Source of the DNA: a virus
DNA length: 64,000 bases
Reading direction: 5' to 3' (one strand)
Virus record (IMG/VR): IMGVR_UViG_3300036791_001056
Span: 32,001-96,000 of that record
Position numbers and translations under genes: made by a program. The notes under the pieces were generated by a model that saw nothing but the letters and a program-made list of their open reading frames with translations, was not told the origin of the DNA and did no database searches. Positions 14,565 through 25,056 of the stretch are shown here, piece by piece; within the stretch, counting starts at the first letter, position 1; the number at the start of each line of letters is the position of its first letter.

Positions 14565-15317
14565 ATGAGGGACTGGGAGAAGAGGCTCAGCCGGGTCGGT
14601 GCAGCGGCTGGCGCCGCGGTCATGGCAACCGCCTGGGTGACCGCGTGCAGTCAGTCACAGAACGGGGGCACGGCACTGGATCACAACGACTCCAGTGCGA
14701 TCTCCACGCACTACCTGACGGTCCAGCCGCCGTACTACCCCACGGGCATCTCGATCTACCGCGAGAACCTGAACGCCATCGAGGCTGCTCATGTGCTCGG
14801 CCTGAACACCACGAGCTTCTTCTGGCAGAACGGCCGGACGGACCCGTACTTCTGGTGCCCGAGCCGGGGCGGAGCGGTGCCGAACACCGCGCAGCTGACG
14901 AACCCGCAGTACGTGCAGCCGGATCCCAACGCGTCCAACGGGTCAGTCATCATCAGCAACATGGACCCGGACGGCGTGTACCCGCCGACGAACAGCAGCG
15001 GGACCGCTGTCGTGTGCATCGACAGCCGGGGACGCGACTACTTCGCGTACGCTGAGGGTGAGGTGACGCAGTTCTCAGCCGCGGCCACGTGGGACTTCTC
15101 AGCCAATCACGGTCACGGCGGGATCGTGGTCACGGGCGCCCCGGCGATGCCGGTCTGTGAGGTGACGTACGCGAGCGTCCCGCAGTCAGGTGGCGGCACT
15201 AAGCGTGAGGCCGTCACAGAGTGCACCGCGCCCAAGGGCTCGGTCGCTCCCCGCGTGGGTGCGGCTGACCAGGCACCGGCACCAGTACCGGTACTCACAC
15301 CAACCGCGCCCAGCTGA
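14565..15317 (+). CDS. lipoprotein
   Basis: signal peptide with VTAC lipobox. Confidence 0.7.
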   Translation: MRDWEKRLSRVGAAAGAAVMATAWVTACSQSQNGGTALDHNDSSAISTHYLTVQPPYYPTGISIYRENLNAIEAAHVLGLNTTSFFWQNGRTDPYFWCPSRGGAVPNTAQLTNPQYVQPDPNASNGSVIISNMDPDGVYPPTNSSGTAVVCIDSRGRDYFAYAEGEVTQFSAAATWDFSANHGHGGIVVTGAPAMPVCEVTYASVPQSGGGTKREAVTECTAPKGSVAPRVGAADQAPAPVPVLTPTAPS

Positions 15318-15640
15318 ACACCCAGCTGTCTGCGGAGACGGAGAGCAGCACGCCGTTCTTCTGCGGCAGCAACAGCTCGGAGAGCAAGTGCACTCAGATG
15401 ACTGTGCTCATCAGCAGCGTTGCGCCGTCAGATCCCGCGGTCCAGCAGCTGTACAACCAGCAGATCGCCGCTGAGCAGGCTGTGGCCGTTAACCAGGCAC
15501 GGCTCAAGGCAGCGCAAGAGCTGTACGGTGCGTACGCTCAGTACTTCCTCGGCCTGCAGGACCTGGCCACCGAGTGCCGGACCTGCACCATCTTCGTCGG
15601 GACACCCGCCGGCATTCCCGTGGTCAAGTCTGGCAAGTAG
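15314..15640 (+). pseudogene. possible C-terminal remnant of an SPFH/band-7-like protein
   Basis: open frame LNTQL...PFFCGSN...QQIAAEQAVAVNQARLKAA lacks a proper N-terminus. Confidence 0.35.
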
Positions 15641-15665
15641 TGCGTCTCTGGTTCGCATCATTCAT

Positions 15666-15770
15666 AGCAAAGCCAAGTGCGTCATCGTGGAGCTGAGTTA
15701 AGTGGAGTTGAGTTCAGCGCACTGAAGTACAGCACAGCTCAGCAGGGCAAAGTCAGAGCTAAATGGCCAA
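15666..15770. repeat. degenerate 5-bp periodic repeat tract
   Basis: AGCTG AGTTA AGTGG AGTTG AGTTC AGCGC ACTGA AGTAC AGCAC AGCTC AGCAG. Confidence 0.75.
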
Positions 15771-15875
15771 GTTTTTGCGCAGAAAAGTCGCCATCAGCAC
15801 GTTTACGTGCATCTAGTATGGTACTATCAGCTCAGCACGAACAAAAAATCATCGACTGAAGGAGAGAGACAAATA

Positions 15876-16715
15876 GTGTCTCGGATCAAGTCGGTCATCG
15901 CCGCGGCTGCCGTCGCGGTGACGATCATGGGCGGCTCAGCCGCTCTGGCGAGCGCAGCGAGCGCCGCTACCGCTAGCATTGGCGTCACCCAGAACACCTC
16001 AGGTGAGGCCGGGTACTACGTCAACGACAACGGCAACTGGCACATTCGCGACGCGCACGCCGCGTTCACCGTGACCGCTGCCATGAAGTCGACCACCGAT
16101 GAGTCCACCGTTAACAACGCGGTGGGCGCTGAGCTCTGCGACCCGAACAGCGGCGACGCAGCGCAGATCGGTCTGCTGTGGGAGGGTCCGGTCACGGGCT
16201 TCGAGCTGGCTGCGCAGACCGGCAACCTCGTGCCCACCACGCAGGACCCGTGCATCCAGGACGGCGTGATCACGTCGACTCCCGACCACGTGCTGATCGG
16301 CGGTGGCGACGGCTGGACCATCCGCGTGGGTGACCAGGTCTCGGTGGACGTCTTCTACAACCCGGCTACGAGCGGGCGCTTCCGGTCGCACGTGATCCAG
16401 TACACCGCGTGCGACGTCACCCAGGACGTGTGCCGGCAGGCGTTCGACCGCGTCCGCGTGGAGAACTTCTTCGAGGCCGGCATCGGCGTCCTGAACACTG
16501 ATGCGCCGCTGCTCACCGCGCCGGCTCTTAACCCGCTGGTCAGCTTCACCGCTGCCACCTTCACCAACTACCTCGGCACCGTTCACGGCGTGCTGCAGGG
16601 CGGCTGGGAGCTGAAGGAGGCCGTGACCGTCAACGGCGCGAGCCAGCCGACGCTGCAGCCGTCGGCGCCGAGCGGCAGCGCGTTCTCGGTCGCTGAGGGC
16701 AGCGCATCTGCTTAG
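15876..16715 (+). CDS. secreted beta-rich protein (possible peptidase G1-like fold)
   Basis: Ala-rich signal peptide; GGAGAG RBS; downstream hairpin. Confidence 0.65.
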   Translation: MSRIKSVIAAAAVAVTIMGGSAALASAASAATASIGVTQNTSGEAGYYVNDNGNWHIRDAHAAFTVTAAMKSTTDESTVNNAVGAELCDPNSGDAAQIGLLWEGPVTGFELAAQTGNLVPTTQDPCIQDGVITSTPDHVLIGGGDGWTIRVGDQVSVDVFYNPATSGRFRSHVIQYTACDVTQDVCRQAFDRVRVENFFEAGIGVLNTDAPLLTAPALNPLVSFTAATFTNYLGTVHGVLQGGWELKEAVTVNGASQPTLQPSAPSGSAFSVAEGSASA

Positions 16716-16737
16716 TTACATCTTCGCACGATCATAC

Positions 16738-16774
16738 AGCCGGCCGGCAGCTAGAGCTCAGCTGCCGGCCGGTG
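16738..16774 (+). terminator. GC-rich hairpin, putative terminator
   Basis: CGGCCGGCAGCT/AGCTGCCGGCCG. Confidence 0.55.
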
Positions 16775-16863
16775 GCTCACTCAGGCCTGATTTACACCGA
16801 GGAAGTCGTGTGATACTGTTTACACTAGGAACCGAGCCAGGAAGAGAGCAGGAGGGACGCGAG

Positions 16864-17040
16864 GTGGATCGAGAGACGGCGCTCGCGGTCTTGACGCGGG
16901 CCAGGGTAGCGCCTCACCAGGCACTGCGGCTGATTAACCAGGCGCACCGAGACCTCATCTCAGCGCAGGGGTACCAGCCGGGTGACATCGTGATCTTGAG
17001 TATGCCCCGTGCTACGTTCATGATCGGGCGGTGGCGGTAG
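16864..17040 (+). CDS. hypothetical protein
   Basis: promoter 16791-16819 and RBS upstream. Confidence 0.5.
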   Translation: MDRETALAVLTRARVAPHQALRLINQAHRDLISAQGYQPGDIVILSMPRATFMIGRWR

Positions 17041-17282
17041 TGAGTAATAAGCTCAGCGAGCTGAGTGACCAAGAGCTCACAGATGAGCTGCGGCGCCGCG
17101 AGTCTGATCAGCGGCGCATTCGAGTTCTGGCAGAGGTGGAACGGCGCCGGCAGTATGAGGCGCAGCGCACGCACAAGATCGTAACTGAGGGCGATAAGCT
17201 CCAGCTCACGCTGGACCAGATGCTGGCGCTTGAGGACTTCTTCCGCGTCATCTTCGCAGAGGATGAGGATAGCGGATCATGA
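17040..17282 (+). CDS. hypothetical coiled-coil protein
   Basis: translationally coupled ORF. Confidence 0.55.
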   Translation: MSNKLSELSDQELTDELRRRESDQRRIRVLAEVERRRQYEAQRTHKIVTEGDKLQLTLDQMLALEDFFRVIFAEDEDSGS

Positions 17283-17460
17283 GTCGTGATACGCAGCCAC
17301 TGAGCATCTTGGACGCCGAGCGTGACTGGCTCGTGGCTGATTACTGGCGGATGACGCGCCGCGCTGAGATTCATCAGTGCTGGGTTCGCGCCGTCGCTGA
17401 TCGTGAGCGCTCAGACAGGTGTGATCACCGGCGTGCAGGCATTCGGCGCACAGGAAGAGA

Positions 17461-17820
17461 GTGGAGATGCGGAAGAAGACGGTACCAACCCTGATTCAGG
17501 CTCACCCTGATCCGGTGATGGAGCAGCGGCTCGAGCACATTCGGCTGCTGCGCCGGCTGCGCAACCAGTGCTTGACGCAGGTTGAGCAGTACCAAGAGAC
17601 GATCAGCACCACTCACGATCAAGACATGAAGGCCATCCGCGAGTGCCGGATCGGCAACATCATCGACACGACCATGAATAGCTTGCTGAGCGTCAGCGCC
17701 ACTCGCCGGCACGAGGCAGAGGCGGCGATCAGCGATCAGCACGCGCGGGTTCACGAGTTGAGCGCTCAGATCACAGATGTCACCAGCGCACTAGACCCGG
17801 CAGACCTGGCGTACCTCTGA
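17461..17820 (+). CDS. hypothetical coiled-coil protein (start uncertain)
   Basis: ORF in operon context. Confidence 0.55.
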   Translation: MEMRKKTVPTLIQAHPDPVMEQRLEHIRLLRRLRNQCLTQVEQYQETISTTHDQDMKAIRECRIGNIIDTTMNSLLSVSATRRHEAEAAISDQHARVHELSAQITDVTSALDPADLAYL

Positions 17821-18197
17821 TGAGCTTTGACGAGTACAGCTCAGCGCGGCAGCGCGGTAATCCGCCGGTGTTCACCCGCGTTTACCAGCACGACGGTGAC
17901 CAGGCACACCTGCGGACCACAGACGGGTGCCAGGACATCTTGTGCCTGCTGATGGAGACGCCGTGCTGCTTTGCTGATGATAATGTGTGCTGCTGCGGTG
18001 AGCGGGACAGCGTAAGCGTGTGCGCGTGCCTGCACGTGACCGATTACCATCCCAACTCGTGGCTCGGCACCGGCAGCCAAGATGAGTATGACCAAGCTGA
18101 GCAGTTGCCTCTGTGCCTGCGATGCTTCGCCATCCGGGAGAGGCAGCTGCCTGACGTCAACCTCGACCGCGGGCATCACATCGACCTGCGCAGCTAA
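17820..18197 (+). CDS. Cys-rich hypothetical protein
   Basis: TGATG coupling. Confidence 0.55.
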   Translation: MSFDEYSSARQRGNPPVFTRVYQHDGDQAHLRTTDGCQDILCLLMETPCCFADDNVCCCGERDSVSVCACLHVTDYHPNSWLGTGSQDEYDQAEQLPLCLRCFAIRERQLPDVNLDRGHHIDLRS

Positions 18198-18269
18198 CGC
18201 CTGGTTTACATCAGAGTGGTAGTGTGGTAAACTAGCTAGTAGTTGAGGAGTTGAGGAACGGAGCCAGGA

Positions 18270-18920
18270 ATGAGTGCCAGAGTGTCCGCCCCCCACGAGA
18301 ACACGTACCGCACCCCGCGGTTCGCCAACCAGCCGATGATCGACCTGCTGAAGAACCTGCTCACCGCGCACGAGCTGTACACCGGGCACTTTGACCGGCT
18401 GTGGAAGATGCTCGAGGCGCACGAGATCGATGTTCGCACACCGGGTGACGGCACTAAGATCCCGCTTTCTACGGGCATGGATGCCATCGACTGGGTCAAG
18501 GGCTACATCGCCCGGCACAACCTTCAGCCGAAGTCAGCCATCACAGCGCCAGTGGCCAGCGAGCGCTCAGCAGCACCCACCGCCGTTAAGTACGGCGTGT
18601 ACCGCTACGATGGCGATGTTTACATCGTCGTTGAGAGCAAGAAGAACACTGACCGGACCTACGCCAAGCGGATGCAGGAGTCGCCGCCGCGCCTGACCGC
18701 ACGCGGCGAGGAGGTTGACTTCGAGTGGGTGTACGCACCGGGAATCATCTGGAAGCTCACTGAAGAGCACCGCATGACTCTCGATGACGCCCGTGACCTG
18801 ATGATCAGGTACGGCCGGTGCCTGAAGTGCCGGCATCCGCTGAAGGCCGCCAAGACCCTGCAGACCGCTGAGGAGACCGGCGTGATGGTTGGCCCCGTCT
18901 GCCGGAAGTACTTCTCTTGA
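18270..18920 (+). CDS. phage protein with C-terminal Zn finger (DUF6011-like)
   Basis: YGRCLKCRHPL...GPVCRK; own promoter 18205-18233. Confidence 0.7.
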   Translation: MSARVSAPHENTYRTPRFANQPMIDLLKNLLTAHELYTGHFDRLWKMLEAHEIDVRTPGDGTKIPLSTGMDAIDWVKGYIARHNLQPKSAITAPVASERSAAPTAVKYGVYRYDGDVYIVVESKKNTDRTYAKRMQESPPRLTARGEEVDFEWVYAPGIIWKLTEEHRMTLDDARDLMIRYGRCLKCRHPLKAAKTLQTAEETGVMVGPVCRKYFS

Positions 18921-19236
18921 TCATCCTTGCAAGCATCCCGCGCCAGGACGGAGGAGGTAGTGGCTACTTGTACTGGTTACATCGCTTACAGCGGATCTTC
19001 GCGCATCGACCAGCCATGCGGTCATGGATGCCGTTGCGGTCATCACTGCTGGCTGTGAGCATGAGCATGTTGGTGAGCGAGAGCTTTGTGAAATGCACGC
19101 CGAGGAGGCGCGCTCCGGGGTCTTGCTCTGCGGTACTTGCCTGGACCACGAGTCCGAGTCACACTGCTGCCGACTGCGGGTGCTGGCAGCAGGACGGAGG
19201 CCGTAGTTTTACCTATGAATTGAGAGGAGGCATCAG

Positions 19237-19830
19237 ATGACCGAGGTCAGCTCAGCTGACGTGAGTCAGCGCCCAACTGGCAAGGTCATTCTCCGGCTGC
19301 TGACAGATGCTGGTGATGCCGGTGAGCTGGCGTCCGTGCTGGCCCGGCACTTCACCGCGCCTCTCAACCAGCAGCGCCGGAACGCGCTCACCAATCACTG
19401 GCTGACCCGCTACCAGCGGCATCAGTACGTGCGCCGGTCAGCAGTGACTGAGCCGTCACCTGTGTATAAGAACACACCGGTCTACCGCTGGTTCATCACG
19501 GATCACGGCCGCGCGTACCTGGAGCGAGGCTGCGTCAGCGAGCTGCAGCAACTGCGCGCTGAGCTGCGTGCTCAAGACACGCAGCGCATGATGCATATTC
19601 ATGCTGTCCAGCTGCGTGCGCTTGCTGATGGCCCGGCGCTGATTGCTGCACTGCCGCTTAAGTGCCTGACGCGGCGCACTGAGCTGGTGCGCGCTCTCCG
19701 GCGACGGTACCTCACACTGGAGGAGATTGGTCAGATGATGGGGGTGACGCGCGAGCGCATCCGGCAGCTGGAGGCAGGAATCGACGGTCACCAGTGCCCA
19801 GATTGCGTGAACGAGAAGAAGAACTCATGA
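19237..19830 (+). CDS. DNA-binding protein with sigma70 region-4 HTH
   Basis: LTLEEIGQMMGVTRERIRQLE. Confidence 0.75.
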   Translation: MTEVSSADVSQRPTGKVILRLLTDAGDAGELASVLARHFTAPLNQQRRNALTNHWLTRYQRHQYVRRSAVTEPSPVYKNTPVYRWFITDHGRAYLERGCVSELQQLRAELRAQDTQRMMHIHAVQLRALADGPALIAALPLKCLTRRTELVRALRRRYLTLEEIGQMMGVTRERIRQLEAGIDGHQCPDCVNEKKNS

Positions 19831-20204
19831 GCAGAATGATTAATCAAGTTGTCACTCACCGCTTCATGTGGTGGGCGCCCTGGGGCATCACTCGGTGGTG
19901 GCTTCCTCGGATGTTCCTCGGCGGGGATGAGTGGTGCAACGTGCCGTGGTGCGTGAACGTGCCGCCGCTCGGCTGCTTCATCTTCTTTAAGCCGCTAGGT
20001 CAGCTGCGCAAGTTCCCGTGCGCTACGCACTGGTGGGAGATGTACCAGGAAGAGCAGGCAGATTATGCGCCGTGTGGCTGGCTGCGTGGCGGGCAGATCA
20101 ACAAGAGCAATCACATCCACGCTGAGCTGGATGCTCTGTGCCCAGAGGCGTGGTCGTGGCTGCTGGGAGGAGAGGCAGAGCGTGAGCGATCTCTGGAGCA
20201 CTGA
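19827..20204 (+). CDS. Trp/Cys-rich hypothetical protein
   Basis: ATGA overlap. Confidence 0.5.
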   Translation: MSRMINQVVTHRFMWWAPWGITRWWLPRMFLGGDEWCNVPWCVNVPPLGCFIFFKPLGQLRKFPCATHWWEMYQEEQADYAPCGWLRGGQINKSNHIHAELDALCPEAWSWLLGGEAERERSLEH

Positions 20205-20443
20205 TCACCGCGGCTGCGCAGCCCCAGCGCATCTTCCATGGGCATCTGCACCGGTGGCGAGATGAGCTCATCGAGGCGCCTTGGGGGCCGGTCCACGTAA
20301 CTGGGCTAAATTATGACGGTCACGTCGGCAACTGGCTCGTTATCGATGCACAGACGCTAAAAGACACTGCTCTAAGTGACTGAAGTGATGCCTCACGTCA
20401 TAATGTGATATGATCAATGCATGACTCTCGATGAGGAGCTGCG

Positions 20444-21691
20444 TTGATCAAGAGGATAATCTGGCACGGCAATGCTCCCTGGGTGGGATCGGGCTACGGC
20501 GAGCAGACCGCGCTGTTCGTACCGCTCATCAAGGCACTGGGCTATGAGATCATCATCAGCACGTTCTCCGGGCTGCAGGGTGCGCCGCTGGACTGGAACG
20601 GGATGGTCGTGCTGCCCGCTACCCAAGATGCGTACGGCGCAGACGGGATCCCAGCGCACGCTCACCACGGAGGCGCTGATGTCGTCATCGCGCTGATGGA
20701 TGCCTGGGCGCTGAACGCTGAGCTCGTCAAGAGCGCGCCTCTCGCGTGCTGGATGCCGGTTGATGTGGGGAGACGCGACCCAGCGGGCAGCAGTGAGATC
20801 TTGCCCGGCCTCGGTGACGCTGACGTGAACTTTCTCACCGCTAGCGGCGCCGTTCCCATCGCGATGAGCCGGTGGGGAGAGGCCGCCCTGGCGCATGCTG
20901 GGTTTGAACCGCTGTATGTTCCGCACGGCGTGGACACCACCGTCTTCACCCCGCGCGCTGACCGCGACGAGCTGCGCGAGCGGCTAGGCCTGACGGGTAA
21001 GTTCGTGTTCATCATGATCGCGGCGAACAAAGACGCGATCCGGAAGAGCTTCTTCCCGCAGCTCGAGGCGTTCGGGCGCTTCCGCCGGAAGTACTGCCCG
21101 GAGGCGGTGCTGCTCATTCACAGCTTGATCGCCAACTCAGGCGGGCTGGATCTGCAGCGCATGGCGCAGGAGACGGGCATCGATGACGCGGTGATCTTCT
21201 CCAGCCAGTACAAGACGCTCATGGGTCTGTTCAAGCCGGCCGACATCGCGGCGCTCATCAATCAAGCTGATGTAGGAACCAACACCGCGATGGGTGAGGG
21301 GTTCGGGATCACGCAGCTGGAGATGCTGGCCTGTGGCGTGCCGTGCGTTACCACGCGCGGGTCCGCCATGACCGAGATCGCGCTCAGTCACGACTGGTGC
21401 GCTGAGGGTGACGCGTTCTGGAACCCGACGCACTCAGCGCGCTGGGTAACGCCGTTCATCTCGAGCATAGTGGACCGGTACGCGTACGCCTATGAGCAGC
21501 TGACGGGATCAGGCGCTGCCGGTGTCCGCCAGCAAGCGCGCCAGCGGGCGCTGAGGTATGACGCGAGTGCCATCACGGACCGGTACTGGCGGCCAGCACT
21601 GGCTGAGCTCGACCGGCGGCTGATGGATCGCCAGCGCAAAACAGATGAACAACAGAGGACTGGTGGGGCAGAAGATCAGCAATCAGCCTAA
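20444..21691 (+). CDS. GT-B (GT4-like) glycosyltransferase
   Basis: SGYGEQ, VPHGVDTTVF, GEGFGITQLEMLACGVP. Confidence 0.9.
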   Translation: MIKRIIWHGNAPWVGSGYGEQTALFVPLIKALGYEIIISTFSGLQGAPLDWNGMVVLPATQDAYGADGIPAHAHHGGADVVIALMDAWALNAELVKSAPLACWMPVDVGRRDPAGSSEILPGLGDADVNFLTASGAVPIAMSRWGEAALAHAGFEPLYVPHGVDTTVFTPRADRDELRERLGLTGKFVFIMIAANKDAIRKSFFPQLEAFGRFRRKYCPEAVLLIHSLIANSGGLDLQRMAQETGIDDAVIFSSQYKTLMGLFKPADIAALINQADVGTNTAMGEGFGITQLEMLACGVPCVTTRGSAMTEIALSHDWCAEGDAFWNPTHSARWVTPFISSIVDRYAYAYEQLTGSGAAGVRQQARQRALRYDASAITDRYWRPALAELDRRLMDRQRKTDEQQRTGGAEDQQSA

Positions 21692-21743
21692 CGTGTGATA
21701 TTGTGGTGATCAGTTAGACTGATGAGTCACATAGGAGGTTAAC

Positions 21744-22022
21744 GTGACAGCTACTGCGGCTGAGACGCGTAAAGCACACCGCGAGGACATCGCTACCATT
21801 ATCCCAGCTAATAAGCGCGATGCGCTGGGCATTATGGCCAAGGCACTGACCGCGCACCTGACGGGCGTCACGCTGGAGCAGATCCTCAGCGAGAGCCTGC
21901 ACTCGCTGACGCAGGCTGAGCGCAGCCGCCTCGAGTGGGCGCGCGACGAGTTCCTCCGGCGGATCAACGGCACCAAGGCAGCGGCGGCAGCGCAGAACGG
22001 TGCTGACGAGCCTGATGAGTGA
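21744..22022 (+). CDS. hypothetical protein
   Basis: AGGAGG RBS. Confidence 0.6.
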   Translation: MTATAAETRKAHREDIATIIPANKRDALGIMAKALTAHLTGVTLEQILSESLHSLTQAERSRLEWARDEFLRRINGTKAAAAAQNGADEPDE

Positions 22023-22123
22023 GTTAGCCACAGGCGCCGCTGGTGCGTGCCGCTGGCGGCGCCTGTTGCATCTCAACGCTGATGTGGTAGAATATTATCA
22101 GGAACGTGGAACGGAGGAGTCAG

Positions 22124-22576
22124 GTGGACATTAAGATCATAGTCAGCGGGCGTCAACCATCACCCGCCGCGCCGTATGCGGACGGCTGGTGCCAAACCTG
22201 CGGCAACCCCGTCACCCGCGAGCATAGGTGCTGCTGCTGGTGCCACGTCGCCGACACGTTGCAACGGTTCCTCGGGATGGACTTCGACGCCTCGGCCGAT
22301 AAGGCGGCCCGCATGTGGGACGCGATTCCTGACGCTGACAATGAGCGGGTGTGGACCGCTGCCTACGCCGACGATCACCAGGTCGACGCGTACGCGCCGC
22401 CTCCCGAGCTGGCCGCCCTGTGCGAGCAGGACGCCATCAACCACCCGGACGACGACCCGTGCCCTCAGTGCGGACGCCGCCAGCACGACGACGAGGCCAA
22501 CCCGGCGACCTGCCAGGCGTGCGGCTGGACCCTGGCGGTGGCGCGGCACCCGATTGGGGCTGGTGACTCAGCGTGA
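22124..22576 (+). CDS. Zn-finger hypothetical protein
   Basis: CxxC pairs; promoter and leader motif upstream. Confidence 0.6.
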   Translation: MDIKIIVSGRQPSPAAPYADGWCQTCGNPVTREHRCCCWCHVADTLQRFLGMDFDASADKAARMWDAIPDADNERVWTAAYADDHQVDAYAPPPELAALCEQDAINHPDDDPCPQCGRRQHDDEANPATCQACGWTLAVARHPIGAGDSA

Positions 22577-22712
22577 TCATCATCGGCTGGCTCATCGCGA
22601 TTCTCATCTTTGCCACGATCGTCCTGATAGTGCTGCGTTGGCTCGTCCAGTTCACCGTGCTGTGGTGCCGCTGGGTCAAGTACCTGTGGACCCGGCACTA
22701 GAGACACGAAGA

Positions 22713-22750
22713 GAGACCCTGCTCACGGATGGGTACGTGAGCAGGGTCTC
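22713..22750. terminator. hairpin between convergent transcription units
   Basis: GAGACCCTGCTCACG/CGTGAGCAGGGTCTC. Confidence 0.7.
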
Positions 22751-22766
22751 CTGTCTGCGTGATGAG

Positions 22767-23540
22767 TTAAGAGACTCCCATGAGCGCGGGCCACGTCTCT
22801 GGCCCGATGACGCCGTCATCAGTGACGCCCGCGCTCGCCTGCAGTGACCGCACGGCCGCTTCGGTTACCGGGCCGAAGTTCCCGTCGATGATGAGGTTCC
22901 GGCCACGCGCACAGCACAGGCCTTGTGCCGTCCGGACCAGCTGGCCGGTCGCACCGGGCTGAAGAGTGAGAAGAGCATTCATCAAGTTTACCTGCCAGTC
23001 AGGTTCTGAGCCGGATGGTGACGAGGGCTGCGTGTCCCAGAACGGCAGTGAGCTTACCGCAACGGACTCATCATACGCGCTGAACGCCACGTACTGAGTC
23101 ATCTCATCACCTAGGTGAATGTGCTGGATGCCCGTCCAGTCAGCTCCCCAGTAAAGATCATCGGGCACGTCATTCCCGAAGACTGATGCTTGACTGCCGT
23201 ACACGATCATCACGTACCCGGCCGTCTTCAAGCGCTGGTAAGCGTCTTGCACGTACGCGGCGTTTACGGCGGTCTCCACGTCCCACGCGACGAGGCAGCC
23301 CTTAGGGGCCTTGAGGCCCGTGAGCTGGCGGACAGCAGCACTCACGTCAGTGGCGGCGCTGGCCCGCGCCGGGTTACTGCGGACGAAGACCGGTAGCCGG
23401 TACCGCGCCCGCTGCGCGGTGATCTCAGCTGCTGACCAGATGTGCGGTGTGTCACCGCCGATGTAAAAGCACACGCCGTCGGTGGCCGGATGATCAGTCA
23501 CCGGGAACGCTGAGTCCCAGAACGTGAGCGTTGCTCCCAT
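22767..23540 (-). CDS. endolysin (glycoside-hydrolase-like domain plus peptidoglycan-binding domain)
   Basis: FYIGG...AWDVE; C-terminal DGNFGPVTEAAVRSLQ...DGVIGPETW. Confidence 0.85.
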   Translation of the reverse strand: MGATLTFWDSAFPVTDHPATDGVCFYIGGDTPHIWSAAEITAQRARYRLPVFVRSNPARASAATDVSAAVRQLTGLKAPKGCLVAWDVETAVNAAYVQDAYQRLKTAGYVMIVYGSQASVFGNDVPDDLYWGADWTGIQHIHLGDEMTQYVAFSAYDESVAVSSLPFWDTQPSSPSGSEPDWQVNLMNALLTLQPGATGQLVRTAQGLCCARGRNLIIDGNFGPVTEAAVRSLQASAGVTDDGVIGPETWPALMGVS

Positions 23541-24499
23541 TACACTCCCATCTTCAGTGCGCGATTGATCCCATCATCCAGGGTGACGACCGGCTCGAAG
23601 AACTGGCGCATCTGCGTAACGTCAGCCACGCGATGCATGACGCCCAGTGGCTGAGCGCGCTGCACTTGGATAACCGGCTCATAACCAGCGGCGGCGCACA
23701 TGCGCTGCGCCAGCGCTAGCATCGTTACCGGCTCACCCCAGCCGAGATTCACCGGGCCGTCGAGGTCCTTCTTGATCATGAGCAAGATGGCTCGGCAGAT
23801 GTCATCCACGTGAATCCAGTCTCGGACCTGCCGCTCAGAGCCCCAGATGACGAATGGGTCCTGGTGCTGGCGCGCCCGCGCTGCGAATGCCGGAAACGGG
23901 TAGCAGTCATCTTGGTCCTCGCCGTAGCCCGAGAACGGGCGCACGATGCTGACCTTCAGCCCATCAGCGCGCGCCAGCGCGGCGAGCTTCTCACCCGTCA
24001 GCTTGCACCAGCCGTACAGCGAGTCGGGCTGCCACAAGAGTGCACGATCTGCATCAGCCTCACGCAGTGACGTGGGCTGCCACGCGTCTTCCGCTACCGG
24101 TGCTGCGCTTACTGCAGTGCGCGACTCAATGAACTCAGTTCCGGCTGACTGCATTACCAGTAGCTGATCTGCTGACCGTTGCAGCGCCACCGGGTACACC
24201 GCTGATGATGAGAGGTACACGATCCGGTCTGGCCGCGTTCGCCGCGCCCAGCGGAACATGGCAGCGTCCAGCTCCAAGTTCACGGCCTGCGCGAGTGGAT
24301 CACCGTCAATGACCTCACGACCACCTACTACGGCCGCAGCGTGCACGACAACGTCATACTTGGTGCTGCTGCGGAAGTAGTCCAGGGCGTTGCGGCCCGT
24401 CTTAACGTCGATGCCGTAGACCTTGCAGCCCGCGGCCTGCAGCGCGGCGCCTACGTGCCTGCCGATGAATCCTGCGCTGCCGGTGACCAGCGCCTTCAC
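23540..24499 (-). CDS. NAD-dependent epimerase/dehydratase
   Basis: VTGSAGFIG, SSSAVY, YGWCK, RDWIHVDD. Confidence 0.92.
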   Translation of the reverse strand: MKALVTGSAGFIGRHVGAALQAAGCKVYGIDVKTGRNALDYFRSSTKYDVVVHAAAVVGGREVIDGDPLAQAVNLELDAAMFRWARRTRPDRIVYLSSSAVYPVALQRSADQLLVMQSAGTEFIESRTAVSAAPVAEDAWQPTSLREADADRALLWQPDSLYGWCKLTGEKLAALARADGLKVSIVRPFSGYGEDQDDCYPFPAFAARARQHQDPFVIWGSERQVRDWIHVDDICRAILLMIKKDLDGPVNLGWGEPVTMLALAQRMCAAAGYEPVIQVQRAQPLGVMHRVADVTQMRQFFEPVVTLDDGINRALKMGV

Positions 24500-25056
24500 T
24501 TGCACCCCCAGATCTGGTAGCTCGCTGGCGCCCAGCCCGAGCCGGGCCGCGAGAGGTAGTGAGCGCAGCACATGTACTCGGGCTGCCAGCCCGCTGCGGT
24601 GAGCATGGCGTGTACGCCGTCAGTGTCCCAGCCCCAGTAGTGCTGATCGTTGCTGTCCGTCACCTCGCCGATGGGCGTGGACAGCGCGAGCGTGTCAGCC
24701 CGCAGCCGGATCTGCCTCAGCACCTCATCCGGGTCATCCAGGTGTTCGATTGTCTCTGAGCAGATGAACAGTCCCACGTGCGGGATCTGCTGGATGGTCT
24801 CTTCGATCGGCCCGCAGATCTCATACCCCGGTGCGAAGTCACCGAGAATCAGCTGCTGAGGCGCCAGTGCCCGACCGATCGCCGCGTCGCCGCACGACAG
24901 GTCAGCGATCACATCAGGAATGCCCAGCTCGCGGATCAGCGCGATCGTCTGCGCGACGCGCAGCCGGTGATCGGGCCAGAAGGCGTGAGCGTGCGGCTCA
25001 GCGCAGATCTCTCTCAGCCGGTCCCAGGTGTGCGCTGGGCGCAGCCGGATCCTCAT
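24496..25056 (-). CDS. SAM-dependent methyltransferase-like protein
   Basis: ADLSCGD, SETIEHLDDP. Confidence 0.8.
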   Translation of the reverse strand: MRIRLRPAHTWDRLREICAEPHAHAFWPDHRLRVAQTIALIRELGIPDVIADLSCGDAAIGRALAPQQLILGDFAPGYEICGPIEETIQQIPHVGLFICSETIEHLDDPDEVLRQIRLRADTLALSTPIGEVTDSNDQHYWGWDTDGVHAMLTAAGWQPEYMCCAHYLSRPGSGWAPASYQIWGCK

